Positions 1 through 8,382 of a stretch of DNA of 64,000 nt are shown piece after piece. Below the pieces are notes generated by a model. That model saw only the letters and a program-made list of their open reading frames with translations. It had not been told where the DNA came from and did no database searches. A program made the position numbers and the translations under genes. Position 1 is the stretch's first letter. Each line of letters opens with the position of its first letter. This DNA is from a virus, in the IMG/VR virus record IMGVR_UViG_3300032334_000315, positions 64,001 through 128,000 of that record. The stretch is one strand, 5' to 3'.

Positions 1-723
1 AAGTTCTTCGGTTACATCAACGGCTTCATCTGGAATGTCGATGTAGTGTTCTGTGAATAGATCCTTAAGACCCTTCATGAAACCTTCTACGATCTCAGCC
101 TTTAGACCACGCTCTACAGCAACGGCATTGTTTTCCATCCAGCTCTCAACAACATAGTCGAGATATGTGTCTACGCGCTCAACTAGTGACTCGCCTAGGC
201 TTTCTGTTTCTTCAGATAGAGCCAATTCAAATCTTTCATCAAGAACAGAAATCTGCTCATTGACCTTGGTTAGAACGGCTGCTTCAAATACTTCAGTTGC
301 GCGAGCAATGAAATCAGCAGAAACGTCGGTGCCTTCAAAGATGGCCTTGATATCATCGGACACGTCGAGGTCTTCCTTTGTTAGACGGGCAATCTTGGAT
401 TCAGCAACACGGCCCTTTGGATTAACAGAATTACCCTGCATTGGGTTTGTCTTATCGCCCTTGAATGAATCATAAGCTATTGATACTTCGGCCTTCTTCA
501 TTCCAGAGAGTGCTTGAATCATAGAGTTAATCATACCAACCTTTGTGTATGGCTTAACGCTAGAACCCTGCATTGGGTTTGTTCTATCACCAGAATTCTG
601 CGAACCACCGGGAGGTGATGCATTTGCTCCAGTAGGCTCAGGAACCTCAGCATTAACGCCGAAGCTCGCTCTCTTTGCTTCTTGTACGTCGAGCTTATCG
701 ACATTTGTGTCCTGAACTGACAT
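1..723 (-). CDS. gp22: prohead core scaffold protein (5' part, runs off window start)
   Basis: Not in the ORF track; read manually. ATG at 723 after GAGGAG gives MSVQDTNVDKLDVQEAK...FIARATEVFEAAV...ERVDTYLDYVVESWMENNAVAVERGLKAEIVEGFMKGLKDLFTEHYIDIP, the gp22 signature. Lies downstream of gp21. Confidence 0.93.
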   Translation of the reverse strand, partial: MSVQDTNVDKLDVQEAKRASFGVNAEVPEPTGANASPPGGSQNSGDRTNPMQGSSVKPYTKVGMINSMIQALSGMKKAEVSIAYDSFKGDKTNPMQGNSVNPKGRVAESKIARLTKEDLDVSDDIKAIFEGTDVSADFIARATEVFEAAVLTKVNEQISVLDERFELALSEETESLGESLVERVDTYLDYVVESWMENNAVAVERGLKAEIVEGFMKGLKDLFTEHYIDIPDEAVDVTEEL

Positions 724-765
724 ATTCATTTCTCCTCAGGTGTTATCAAAAAATGTTTCTTATGT

Positions 766-773
766 TATTTATA
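766..773 (-). promoter_or_regulatory. T4-type late promoter TATAAATA upstream of gp22
   Basis: TATTTATA on the + strand in the gp21-gp22 gap. Confidence 0.8.
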
Positions 774-776
774 ATA

Positions 777-1433
777 TTAGAGTTTTGACAAGAACTTTTT
801 AAAAGCCTCAATCATTACCTCTTCTTTGTTGCGAGTGGTTCCATAACCTTCTTCAATTTGATCGCGAATCTCAGCAACCTCGCGTTCATGTAGAACGCCA
901 TTTTCCCAAACCCACTCTTTGCCTTCCATGATACCACGAACAAACGCTTGTGGTGCAGAAGGATCAGCAACGATATCAGCAGCGGTAGCAAGGTAGAAAT
1001 CACTACCTACTTCCATGATACCATTTCTCTTTGTTAGTGTTCCCATACCGCGTGAAGATACACCAAGGTTGGCACCTTCCTTCATAAGATCCTTGACGAT
1101 CTTACCGTATGGTGTGTCCATGATCTTTGCACGACCAATAGCATTAGAACCTTCCATGTGAAGATCCTTAATCATGTGTGATACGCGCTCTAGGTTAATG
1201 TTTGGACCTGCAGGATGGCCTAGTTCACCATATGCACGGTTGGTGTCGATATATGCACCACGGTACCTATCGACTTCGCGTGAGACAACATCAACGGGAT
1301 AAACACGACCGTTTTTGTTTTGAATACCAGCTTGCATGAAAATGCCTTCAATGAAGAAGTTCTTTTCACCAGACTCGGTAGCTTCGGTTACGATTTGAAT
1401 ATCGCTTTCGTTTAGTTCGCAGATTAGCTTCAT
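777..1433 (-). CDS. gp21: prohead core protein protease
   Basis: FFIEGIFMQ, NKNGRVYP, AYGELGHP, GVSSRGMG and DIVADPSAP motifs. Confidence 0.96.
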   Translation of the reverse strand: MKLICELNESDIQIVTEATESGEKNFFIEGIFMQAGIQNKNGRVYPVDVVSREVDRYRGAYIDTNRAYGELGHPAGPNINLERVSHMIKDLHMEGSNAIGRAKIMDTPYGKIVKDLMKEGANLGVSSRGMGTLTKRNGIMEVGSDFYLATAADIVADPSAPQAFVRGIMEGKEWVWENGVLHEREVAEIRDQIEEGYGTTRNKEEVMIEAFKKFLSKL

Positions 1434-1855
1434 TAGTAACGCGAACCTCCTGTGATGGCTACCGTCTTATGCAGCTTGAGAATAAGCGTTGCAGGACCAC
1501 TATTGACTTTTGTAATCGTTACGTTTGATGTTGACATTGCGGTGGTATTATCAATCAAACGGCTATCAGAAAGATCAACATAATCTGCACCAGATAGAAC
1601 AAGTGCCATACTTGCACCGCGCTTGATTTCAAAATGTACATTGTTTGCGCCACCGCAATTGACTTCGGCTGAAATAATGTTCATGCTGACAACGGTTTCA
1701 CCAGCAGAATTGGCACCCCACACAGGAACACCACCACCAGTGGTAGTATCAGCAGCATTCAATTTGATTCCACCGCTATTATGAAACTTAGCAATAATCC
1801 AACCACCTTTGGTTTGCTTATTCATAATGCCTTCGTTATTAGAAACAGCGGCCAT
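1433..1855 (-). CDS. hypothetical protein, probably virion-associated
   Basis: 140-aa beta-rich ORF coupled to gp21 within the head operon. Confidence 0.6.
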   Translation of the reverse strand: MAAVSNNEGIMNKQTKGGWIIAKFHNSGGIKLNAADTTTGGGVPVWGANSAGETVVSMNIISAEVNCGGANNVHFEIKRGASMALVLSGADYVDLSDSRLIDNTTAMSTSNVTITKVNSGPATLILKLHKTVAITGGSRY

Positions 1856-1858
1856 GTG

Positions 1859-2443
1859 TTACTCCACTTCTGAATTTGCTACAACGAAATCCATAATCGT
1901 TGTGAATGAGTCTGCGTCTCTGTTAATCATGTCGCGGAATAACTCTTGGTTCTCACCAGTAAGCTTTGAATAAGTTTCACCAATGATATCAAGTGTCTCT
2001 TCGTTTACTTCTACAACATCACCATTTTCCAATTCAATTTCAAACGTCTCTTCGCTTGATTCTGTAATTGAAGAACGGTCATTGAAAACTTCTTCTGCAT
2101 ATGCAGCAACAGACGACTGGCTACGAACTGGTGTCAAATCACCTTGCTTGGATGCGTTTGCGCGTGTCTTTGATTGCTGACCTTTAAAACCAGACTTATC
2201 AGCAAGATCAGATGTGCCCTGCTTGATGATGCCACGATCACCGCTATTTGGCTGATGCTTTGCTTGACCCATTGATTTTGCATTCAATACATTATCTGTA
2301 TTCTTTGCTGGATAAGCGGTATCATGCTGAGTGTGTGCATCTGCAAAATCTGCTTCGCCCTTAGCTTTTGGCTTCAAAGCATCAGATTCGGCATCTTTCT
2401 TAGAGACCGATACAGCTTCACGGAGTTCTTTAAACGTCTTCAT
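1859..2443 (-). CDS. putative prohead core/internal protein (gp68-like position)
   Basis: MKTFKELRE start, charged low-complexity sequence, position in the head module. Confidence 0.55.
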   Translation of the reverse strand: MKTFKELREAVSVSKKDAESDALKPKAKGEADFADAHTQHDTAYPAKNTDNVLNAKSMGQAKHQPNSGDRGIIKQGTSDLADKSGFKGQQSKTRANASKQGDLTPVRSQSSVAAYAEEVFNDRSSITESSEETFEIELENGDVVEVNEETLDIIGETYSKLTGENQELFRDMINRDADSFTTIMDFVVANSEVE

Positions 2444-2624
2444 CTGATACGATCTCCTGATCTTCGACTTCTTCCTGAGGAGTCAACATGTTTGATGCAA
2501 TTTCAATTCGTCTTAGATCAAGCGCATCTGAAATCTTTGCTGATAGCGCAGCACCAATATGCTCGCGAAATGCGTTAGCATCTGATGAAGCTGCTGCTTG
2601 AATTGCTAATTGAATCTCTTCCAT
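2430..2624 (-). CDS. small acidic prohead core protein (gp67-like)
   Basis: 64 aa with KISDALDLRRIEIASNML and an acidic tail; has its own late promoter. Confidence 0.6.
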   Translation of the reverse strand: MEEIQLAIQAAASSDANAFREHIGAALSAKISDALDLRRIEIASNMLTPQEEVEDQEIVSDEDV

Positions 2625-2648
2625 ATTATATACCTTTCTGTGATAATC

Positions 2649-2656
2649 TATTTATA
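2649..2656 (-). promoter_or_regulatory. T4-type late promoter TATAAATA
   Basis: TATTTATA 25 nt upstream of the ATG at 2624. Confidence 0.8.
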
Positions 2657-2664
2657 AAAATGCG

Positions 2665-3405
2665 TTAGTATTCAATAATGATTAGTCCTGGCGCACCAGT
2701 TCCACCTGCGCGAGCGGTAGCGGCCGTGCCATTTCTTGCACCTGACCCACCAGCACCATATCCAGATCCTGGTTGTCCTGCTTGACCAGCAGCAGTTTCT
2801 GGCATAACACCACCTTGACCCCAACCTAATGGAGTGTGAGCACCAATACCGGCTATGTTAGTTGTTGCTGCCATAACACCACCTGCACCACCTGGATATC
2901 CTGTTAAACCCATTACGTTAGATGTACCAAATCCTGATGGACTTGGTGTACCACCAGCACCACCAGCAAGTACCGAAGTAGCGAGTGTTCCGCCTAGGCC
3001 ACCGCCTGCTGAATATGTTACGCTGTTATAGATAATAGAAGAAGGAGATCCAGCAGCACCAGCAGCACCAGAAGCACCTGCGGCTGTAGTACCAGCAACG
3101 GTATATGTTAATGTGTAAACACTAGATACTACAGTGATATAAGCAACAACAACAGATGAAGATCCACCACCACCTCCCATTTGACCAGCAGTAGCAGCGG
3201 TACCACCACCTGAACCACCAGCACCGATGATAGTCGCTTTAAACTTAGCACCAGCATATTGAAGTGCTGCTGGTAATGTGTATGTTACAGATGTTCCTGT
3301 TGTGAACGCAACAAGGTTCATAAATCCAGCACCAGCACCAGCAATCAAAGCAGCATCTACTGTTGCTGATCCGTATACTCTTGTTCCGCTAATCAACTTT
3401 GCCAT
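2665..3405 (-). CDS. glycine-rich fibre-tip/adhesin-like protein
   Basis: IIGAGGSGGG, poly-Gly runs, C-terminal GAPGLIIIEY typical of phage Gly-rich domains. Confidence 0.7.
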   Translation of the reverse strand: MAKLISGTRVYGSATVDAALIAGAGAGFMNLVAFTTGTSVTYTLPAALQYAGAKFKATIIGAGGSGGGTAATAGQMGGGGGSSSVVVAYITVVSSVYTLTYTVAGTTAAGASGAAGAAGSPSSIIYNSVTYSAGGGLGGTLATSVLAGGAGGTPSPSGFGTSNVMGLTGYPGGAGGVMAATTNIAGIGAHTPLGWGQGGVMPETAAGQAGQPGSGYGAGGSGARNGTAATARAGGTGAPGLIIIEY

Positions 3406-3417
3406 ATTAATTCTCCG

Positions 3418-6400
3418 TTATTGTTGACCAGTTGGATTACCAACAGCAGCAGGATATCCAGAAACTCGGTCTGCGGTAAGCGTTGCTGGATATGCACGAC
3501 CAGTTCCCCATATGATTCTAACGCATCCAGGTCCACCATTCCCGCCTGGTTGATTATTACCATCCCCAGCGCCACCTCCACCTCCAAATCTCCCACCATG
3601 AGGAGGCTGATTTGCACCATTAGGATATGGTGTAGCAGTATATCCTCTTTCACCTAATTGCACACCAGAAGCTGTTGTTGTTGCAACACCTCCTGATCCA
3701 CCACCACCACGACCACAACTAGAACCAGCTCCTGCATAAGAAGTTCCTGCTATACTAGCAACTGCGACAGAACCAAATGGTGAAGTTCCACCACCTCCAC
3801 CACCAACAGCATAATATAGTCCAGCAGTTGCACTGCCTCCCCCGGATCCACCTGCACCTCCAGATGTAGATGCAACCCCTGAACCAGCAGTTAGTGTAGG
3901 AACAGTTCCGGTAACAGCACCACCAGCACCTCCAGCAACAGTGTATCCACCAGCTCCGCCACCACCACCACCAGCATATGTTCCGATTCCAGCGCCACCG
4001 GCACCACCAGCAAAACCAGTACCAGCACCAACTGTGCCACCAGCACCACCGGCAGGTGCTGCGTTTGTTCCTCCTGGTTGACCGCCGTTAGCGATAATTG
4101 TTGAAGCAAAAGAACTTGCTCCACCAGCAGTCGGAGTTCCGCCATATACTCCTGGAGCACCACATGTTATCGTATATGTTGTTCCACCTGTTACGGCAAT
4201 GCTTGCACTATATGCTAATGCGCCTCCTCCACCGCCGCCTCCTCCGTTTGGTCCACCGCCTCCGCCTGCACCAATAGCTACAGCAGAAACGGCTGTGTAT
4301 CCTTTCGGTGCTGTAAATGTGAATACGCCTGGAGTTCCTGTATAAACTAAGTTAGGCCCAGAAACATAATCTGGATAAGCACACCAACATTGACCACCAC
4401 CAGGTAATGCAAGTGGTTTTGAAGTATCAGCAACAAGTACAGTCGGCGCAGTTGCCAAGATAGTTCCTGATGTTGAATCAGAACGTAATTGCAATTGAAT
4501 ATCTTGAACACCTTCTTGCAATATGTCTTGACCAACTGTTAACGCGAGTGTTCCTGTTCCATTTGTGATAGGAATTGATCCTTTGTTATCTACAACAAAA
4601 GGATAATCAGGATAATTACGATTTACGATTGTGCTTGGTGGATAATAAAGTGCGGTGCCTTTGATGATACGAATGTTAGAAAGATATCCAACCCATCGCG
4701 CACCACCTGGATCTTGACCAATATTTAATACCGAACCATCATCATATATTGCTGTTGTATGAGCATATTGTCTAACCATTAGTCCGTTTATATAAAGATA
4801 GATAACTCCATTTGTTTTGGTAATCGCAAAATGATACCATGTGCTGATAGCAAATGTTCCTGCAGTGGCATCGTTAATAGTCCAAGCTGAACCGTCGGCA
4901 TTAGCAACTCTTAGATGGAATCTGCTTGCTGTTGTTGTTGATGTGCCAAAATTAACACCGCTGATATTGGATCCGGATCTCTTATAAATCAAACCTTTAT
5001 TGATAGTAGTCGCGCTCGTGTATAGATATCCTTCAATAGTGAAATCATCTGTTGAACCAAAAACAAAATTTTGACTGTGAGGAACATAAAGATATTGTGT
5101 TGTTCCGTTGAATTGATAACTATAAGTGCTGGCAAATGGAATAATAGTGCTACCTGCTGTAACAGTAGCAATGTTTGTTATAGTGTTTATGCCAGTAACA
5201 TCAGTGATAGTCGCTGATTGGGCCGTCAATAGTTTTGTATTAGTGACCGCTGTTAATGCGATTGTCGATGGTAAAAATCCATGTGGATAATTCCAAATCA
5301 TTCTAAGTGCACCAGCACCTCCAGCACCACCAGTAGGATTTCCTCCACCTCCTCCACCTCCATAGATAGCACCAGCACCACCTACAGTCGAGGTTGCGTT
5401 ACCGCCGTTAGAACCTCCAGAACCACCATATCCTCCTTGCCCTAAAATAGCGCCAGTTGAACCTGCAAGATTGACACCACCTAATCCTAGATTTGAAATA
5501 CCTAGAAGACCTACACCGCCACCACCACCACCGTTTCCGGTAGATGTATTAACTACGGTTCCTGTGCTGTCTAATATTCCGGCGCCGCCGCCAGTTGATC
5601 CACCACCACCACCGTTTAGGGAATTTTTTCCTGATTGCGATATATTACCACTCCAAACTCCGCCATTGCCGCCGGCGGCTGTATATCCACCAGCTCCACC
5701 ACCTCCATTTCCTAATGATCCTGATGCAGGCCATCCACCAGCTCCACCAGCAAAACCTGTACCAGCACCTACTATACCACCATATCCTCCATTAGTAGCA
5801 GCATTTCCACCGCTCGCATAAACAATAGTACCATCATTCCAGTAAGTAGGAGCTCCATTAGTACCAGCAGCGACACTAGTGCCACCTACTCCACCTATTC
5901 CAACTTGAATTGGATAAACAGTACCTGGAACAACAGCGACATCTTTAACATATGACAAAGCGCCACCACCGCCTCCGTGTGGACCAGCTGTATCACCACT
6001 TCCACCACCACCAACACAAACAACACTAATACGATACACACCATCAGGACATGTCCAGTTAGCAGCACCAGTTGTCATAGTACCAAGACCTGTGCCTGTT
6101 ACAGTAGATGGATATACACCTTGTGCAAACCAGTCAGAGCCAACTGTTATCGTTAGATTGTTTGTTGGTGTTGTTAATCCTAAGCTTGCACCAGGAATTG
6201 TTATCGTGTCACCAATTTGATATCCTGATCCAGGAGATGTCGGTATTACGGTAAGAACACCATGTGTAGCCATAGTGGTAGTCGCATTGTTTTTTCTAAT
6301 GCTGAATACTGCACCTGTTCCTGAACCACTCGTTGCTGATTGCGTAAGACCTGTGAATGACCAAAGCGTAGCAGTAGCAGTTCCAGACCATGTGAGCGGA

Positions 6401-8382
6401 GTAACGCCATACACAAGGCCGCCGCTAAAATCTGCTGCCGCCATTGAACCAGTATTTGTATAGTATAATATGCCAGACCTTGATAGTGGAGCATTTATTG
6501 TGTATGTTACCGTATCACCTTCATTCACTATTTTTTTATCTGGTGTTATTGTGTACGCGAGTGAAACTTCGTCAATTGAATCATAAACTTGATATGACGA
6601 AGATGTTTGTTTTCTTACAGTAGTACCAGATGTTGCGGTTAATCTTGATGGATTAAGAGTATATTCATCAAACGAACTTTTTATGAATAAGTTACCTCCG
6701 TTAGTCAAACGACTGTCTGACCATGTTATTGAGCTTGCAGTAGGAAAAACTGTTGCTGCTAGTGAATTCCATACGATTCTGATTGCTCCGGCGCCACCTG
6801 CTGCTGCACTAGATCCACCGCCACCACCGCCATATGCGCCGCCTACATCTGTTGCATATCCAGTTCCACCACTGGTACCACCAGAACCACCAGTACCTGC
6901 TACACCTAAACTGTTTCCTGCTGTACCATTACTCCCTAATCCATATAATCCAACGCCACCGCCGCCAGCAGCTCCAGCAGCTCCACCACCACCACCTCCT
7001 CCAGTAGACGATGTTGCGCTTGTATATGTTAGAGATGGATATGGTCCATTTACTGTGCTGCCGTTACCACCGGTGCCAGTATATCCACCAGCGCCGCCGC
7101 CGCCAGCTGATTCTAATGTACCTTGGCCATTACCACCAGTGCCTCCTGCAAATCCAGTTCCAGCTAATACGGTGCCACCAGCACCACCAACAGGGCTAGC
7201 GTAATTACCGCCTGTATAACCACCACCCGCTGCTACAGTAGAAGTATTATTGAAATAACTTGTTCCACCAGATCCTCCATTGTAATCGCTAGGAAATCCT
7301 GCAACTACGGTATATGTTGTACCAGGAGTAACCGAATAGTTATTAATATATGCAAGAGCAGCTCCACCGCCACCTCCACCACCATTATATCCACCAGTAC
7401 CACCTCCACCAACACAAACAACACTAACACTAGTAACACCAGCTGGACATGTCCATGTGAATGTTCCAGCAGTACCAGAGTATGCTAGTGTTCCTGCTCC
7501 TGATGTTGCTGATATAGTAGAAGGATAAACAGCTATTGCGTCTGTATAAACATTAGAACCGCTTGATGGACTATATTCATCAAATGTACCAGGTATCTGA
7601 AGCACACCACTATTAGTAAATCGTTGTGCTAGTGTGCCAACAGTCGCATCTGTAGTGTCGGATAAAGTTAATGTTTCTACTATAACATTGTCACCAAAAG
7701 GACCGTTATTTGTTACAGAAACTAATGATCCTGTGCCTGTTGCAGTATTAACGAAAGTTAAATGGTTTGGCCCATCATCGTATATAATAGGAGATACCGC
7801 TGTTAATAATACAGTTCCGCTAATAGCGGTTAATGTTGATGTGGGAACTGTGTATGTTGTACCGGTATATAAAGCAGTTCCAATAACTATGCGGTGATTT
7901 GATATATAATAATCGGCATATGAAATTGCTCCAGTGTTTTCTGAACCATTAACGTGCCAATTGGCTGCGCTTGTTATTGAGCCTGATATAGTAGTCGTTG
8001 CTATACGAGAACCATCAACATATAAAGATAATGCTGTGCCGGATCTAACATATGCGATATGATACCAACGATCCGGAATAAAATTATAAGTCGTAAGGCC
8101 TGTGGTAGCGGCGCTTCCACCAATAAGAACAGCAGCGTTGAGTGATACATCATTTGTAGATGGATAATTGAAAGTAGCAGCAAGAAATGTTGATGAACCA
8201 GTATTCCATACACCAAAAAGGGATGTATCTCTTTGGGCACCACCAAACATAGAAGAATTAAATCTCACGAATGCTTCTATGGTCCAGTTATTAGTACCAA
8301 AAGCAAGAGTTCCGGTAAATCTTAACTGACCACCATTATAATAATCAGTTCCTTGGCACTTATAAGCATAATCAATAGCCAT
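3418..8382 (-). CDS. giant adhesin-like protein: three Gly-rich domains, two LamG/ConA-like domains, one split Ig/Calx-beta-like domain
   Basis: WTIEAFV...WYHIAYVRSG...LYVDG and FTIEGYLY...WYHFAIT...LYING (LamG); three copies of (W/F)TxPxGxxxxSxVx(V/I)GxGG. Confidence 0.75.
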   Translation of the reverse strand: MAIDYAYKCQGTDYYNGGQLRFTGTLAFGTNNWTIEAFVRFNSSMFGGAQRDTSLFGVWNTGSSTFLAATFNYPSTNDVSLNAAVLIGGSAATTGLTTYNFIPDRWYHIAYVRSGTALSLYVDGSRIATTTISGSITSAANWHVNGSENTGAISYADYYISNHRIVIGTALYTGTTYTVPTSTLTAISGTVLLTAVSPIIYDDGPNHLTFVNTATGTGSLVSVTNNGPFGDNVIVETLTLSDTTDATVGTLAQRFTNSGVLQIPGTFDEYSPSSGSNVYTDAIAVYPSTISATSGAGTLAYSGTAGTFTWTCPAGVTSVSVVCVGGGGTGGYNGGGGGGGAALAYINNYSVTPGTTYTVVAGFPSDYNGGSGGTSYFNNTSTVAAGGGYTGGNYASPVGGAGGTVLAGTGFAGGTGGNGQGTLESAGGGGAGGYTGTGGNGSTVNGPYPSLTYTSATSSTGGGGGGGAAGAAGGGGVGLYGLGSNGTAGNSLGVAGTGGSGGTSGGTGYATDVGGAYGGGGGGSSAAAGGAGAIRIVWNSLAATVFPTASSITWSDSRLTNGGNLFIKSSFDEYTLNPSRLTATSGTTVRKQTSSSYQVYDSIDEVSLAYTITPDKKIVNEGDTVTYTINAPLSRSGILYYTNTGSMAAADFSGGLVYGVTPLTWSGTATATLWSFTGLTQSATSGSGTGAVFSIRKNNATTTMATHGVLTVIPTSPGSGYQIGDTITIPGASLGLTTPTNNLTITVGSDWFAQGVYPSTVTGTGLGTMTTGAANWTCPDGVYRISVVCVGGGGSGDTAGPHGGGGGALSYVKDVAVVPGTVYPIQVGIGGVGGTSVAAGTNGAPTYWNDGTIVYASGGNAATNGGYGGIVGAGTGFAGGAGGWPASGSLGNGGGGAGGYTAAGGNGGVWSGNISQSGKNSLNGGGGGSTGGGAGILDSTGTVVNTSTGNGGGGGGVGLLGISNLGLGGVNLAGSTGAILGQGGYGGSGGSNGGNATSTVGGAGAIYGGGGGGGNPTGGAGGAGALRMIWNYPHGFLPSTIALTAVTNTKLLTAQSATITDVTGINTITNIATVTAGSTIIPFASTYSYQFNGTTQYLYVPHSQNFVFGSTDDFTIEGYLYTSATTINKGLIYKRSGSNISGVNFGTSTTTASRFHLRVANADGSAWTINDATAGTFAISTWYHFAITKTNGVIYLYINGLMVRQYAHTTAIYDDGSVLNIGQDPGGARWVGYLSNIRIIKGTALYYPPSTIVNRNYPDYPFVVDNKGSIPITNGTGTLALTVGQDILQEGVQDIQLQLRSDSTSGTILATAPTVLVADTSKPLALPGGGQCWCAYPDYVSGPNLVYTGTPGVFTFTAPKGYTAVSAVAIGAGGGGGPNGGGGGGGGALAYSASIAVTGGTTYTITCGAPGVYGGTPTAGGASSFASTIIANGGQPGGTNAAPAGGAGGTVGAGTGFAGGAGGAGIGTYAGGGGGGAGGYTVAGGAGGAVTGTVPTLTAGSGVASTSGGAGGSGGGSATAGLYYAVGGGGGGTSPFGSVAVASIAGTSYAGAGSSCGRGGGGSGGVATTTASGVQLGERGYTATPYPNGANQPPHGGRFGGGGGAGDGNNQPGGNGGPGCVRIIWGTGRAYPATLTADRVSGYPAAVGNPTGQQ

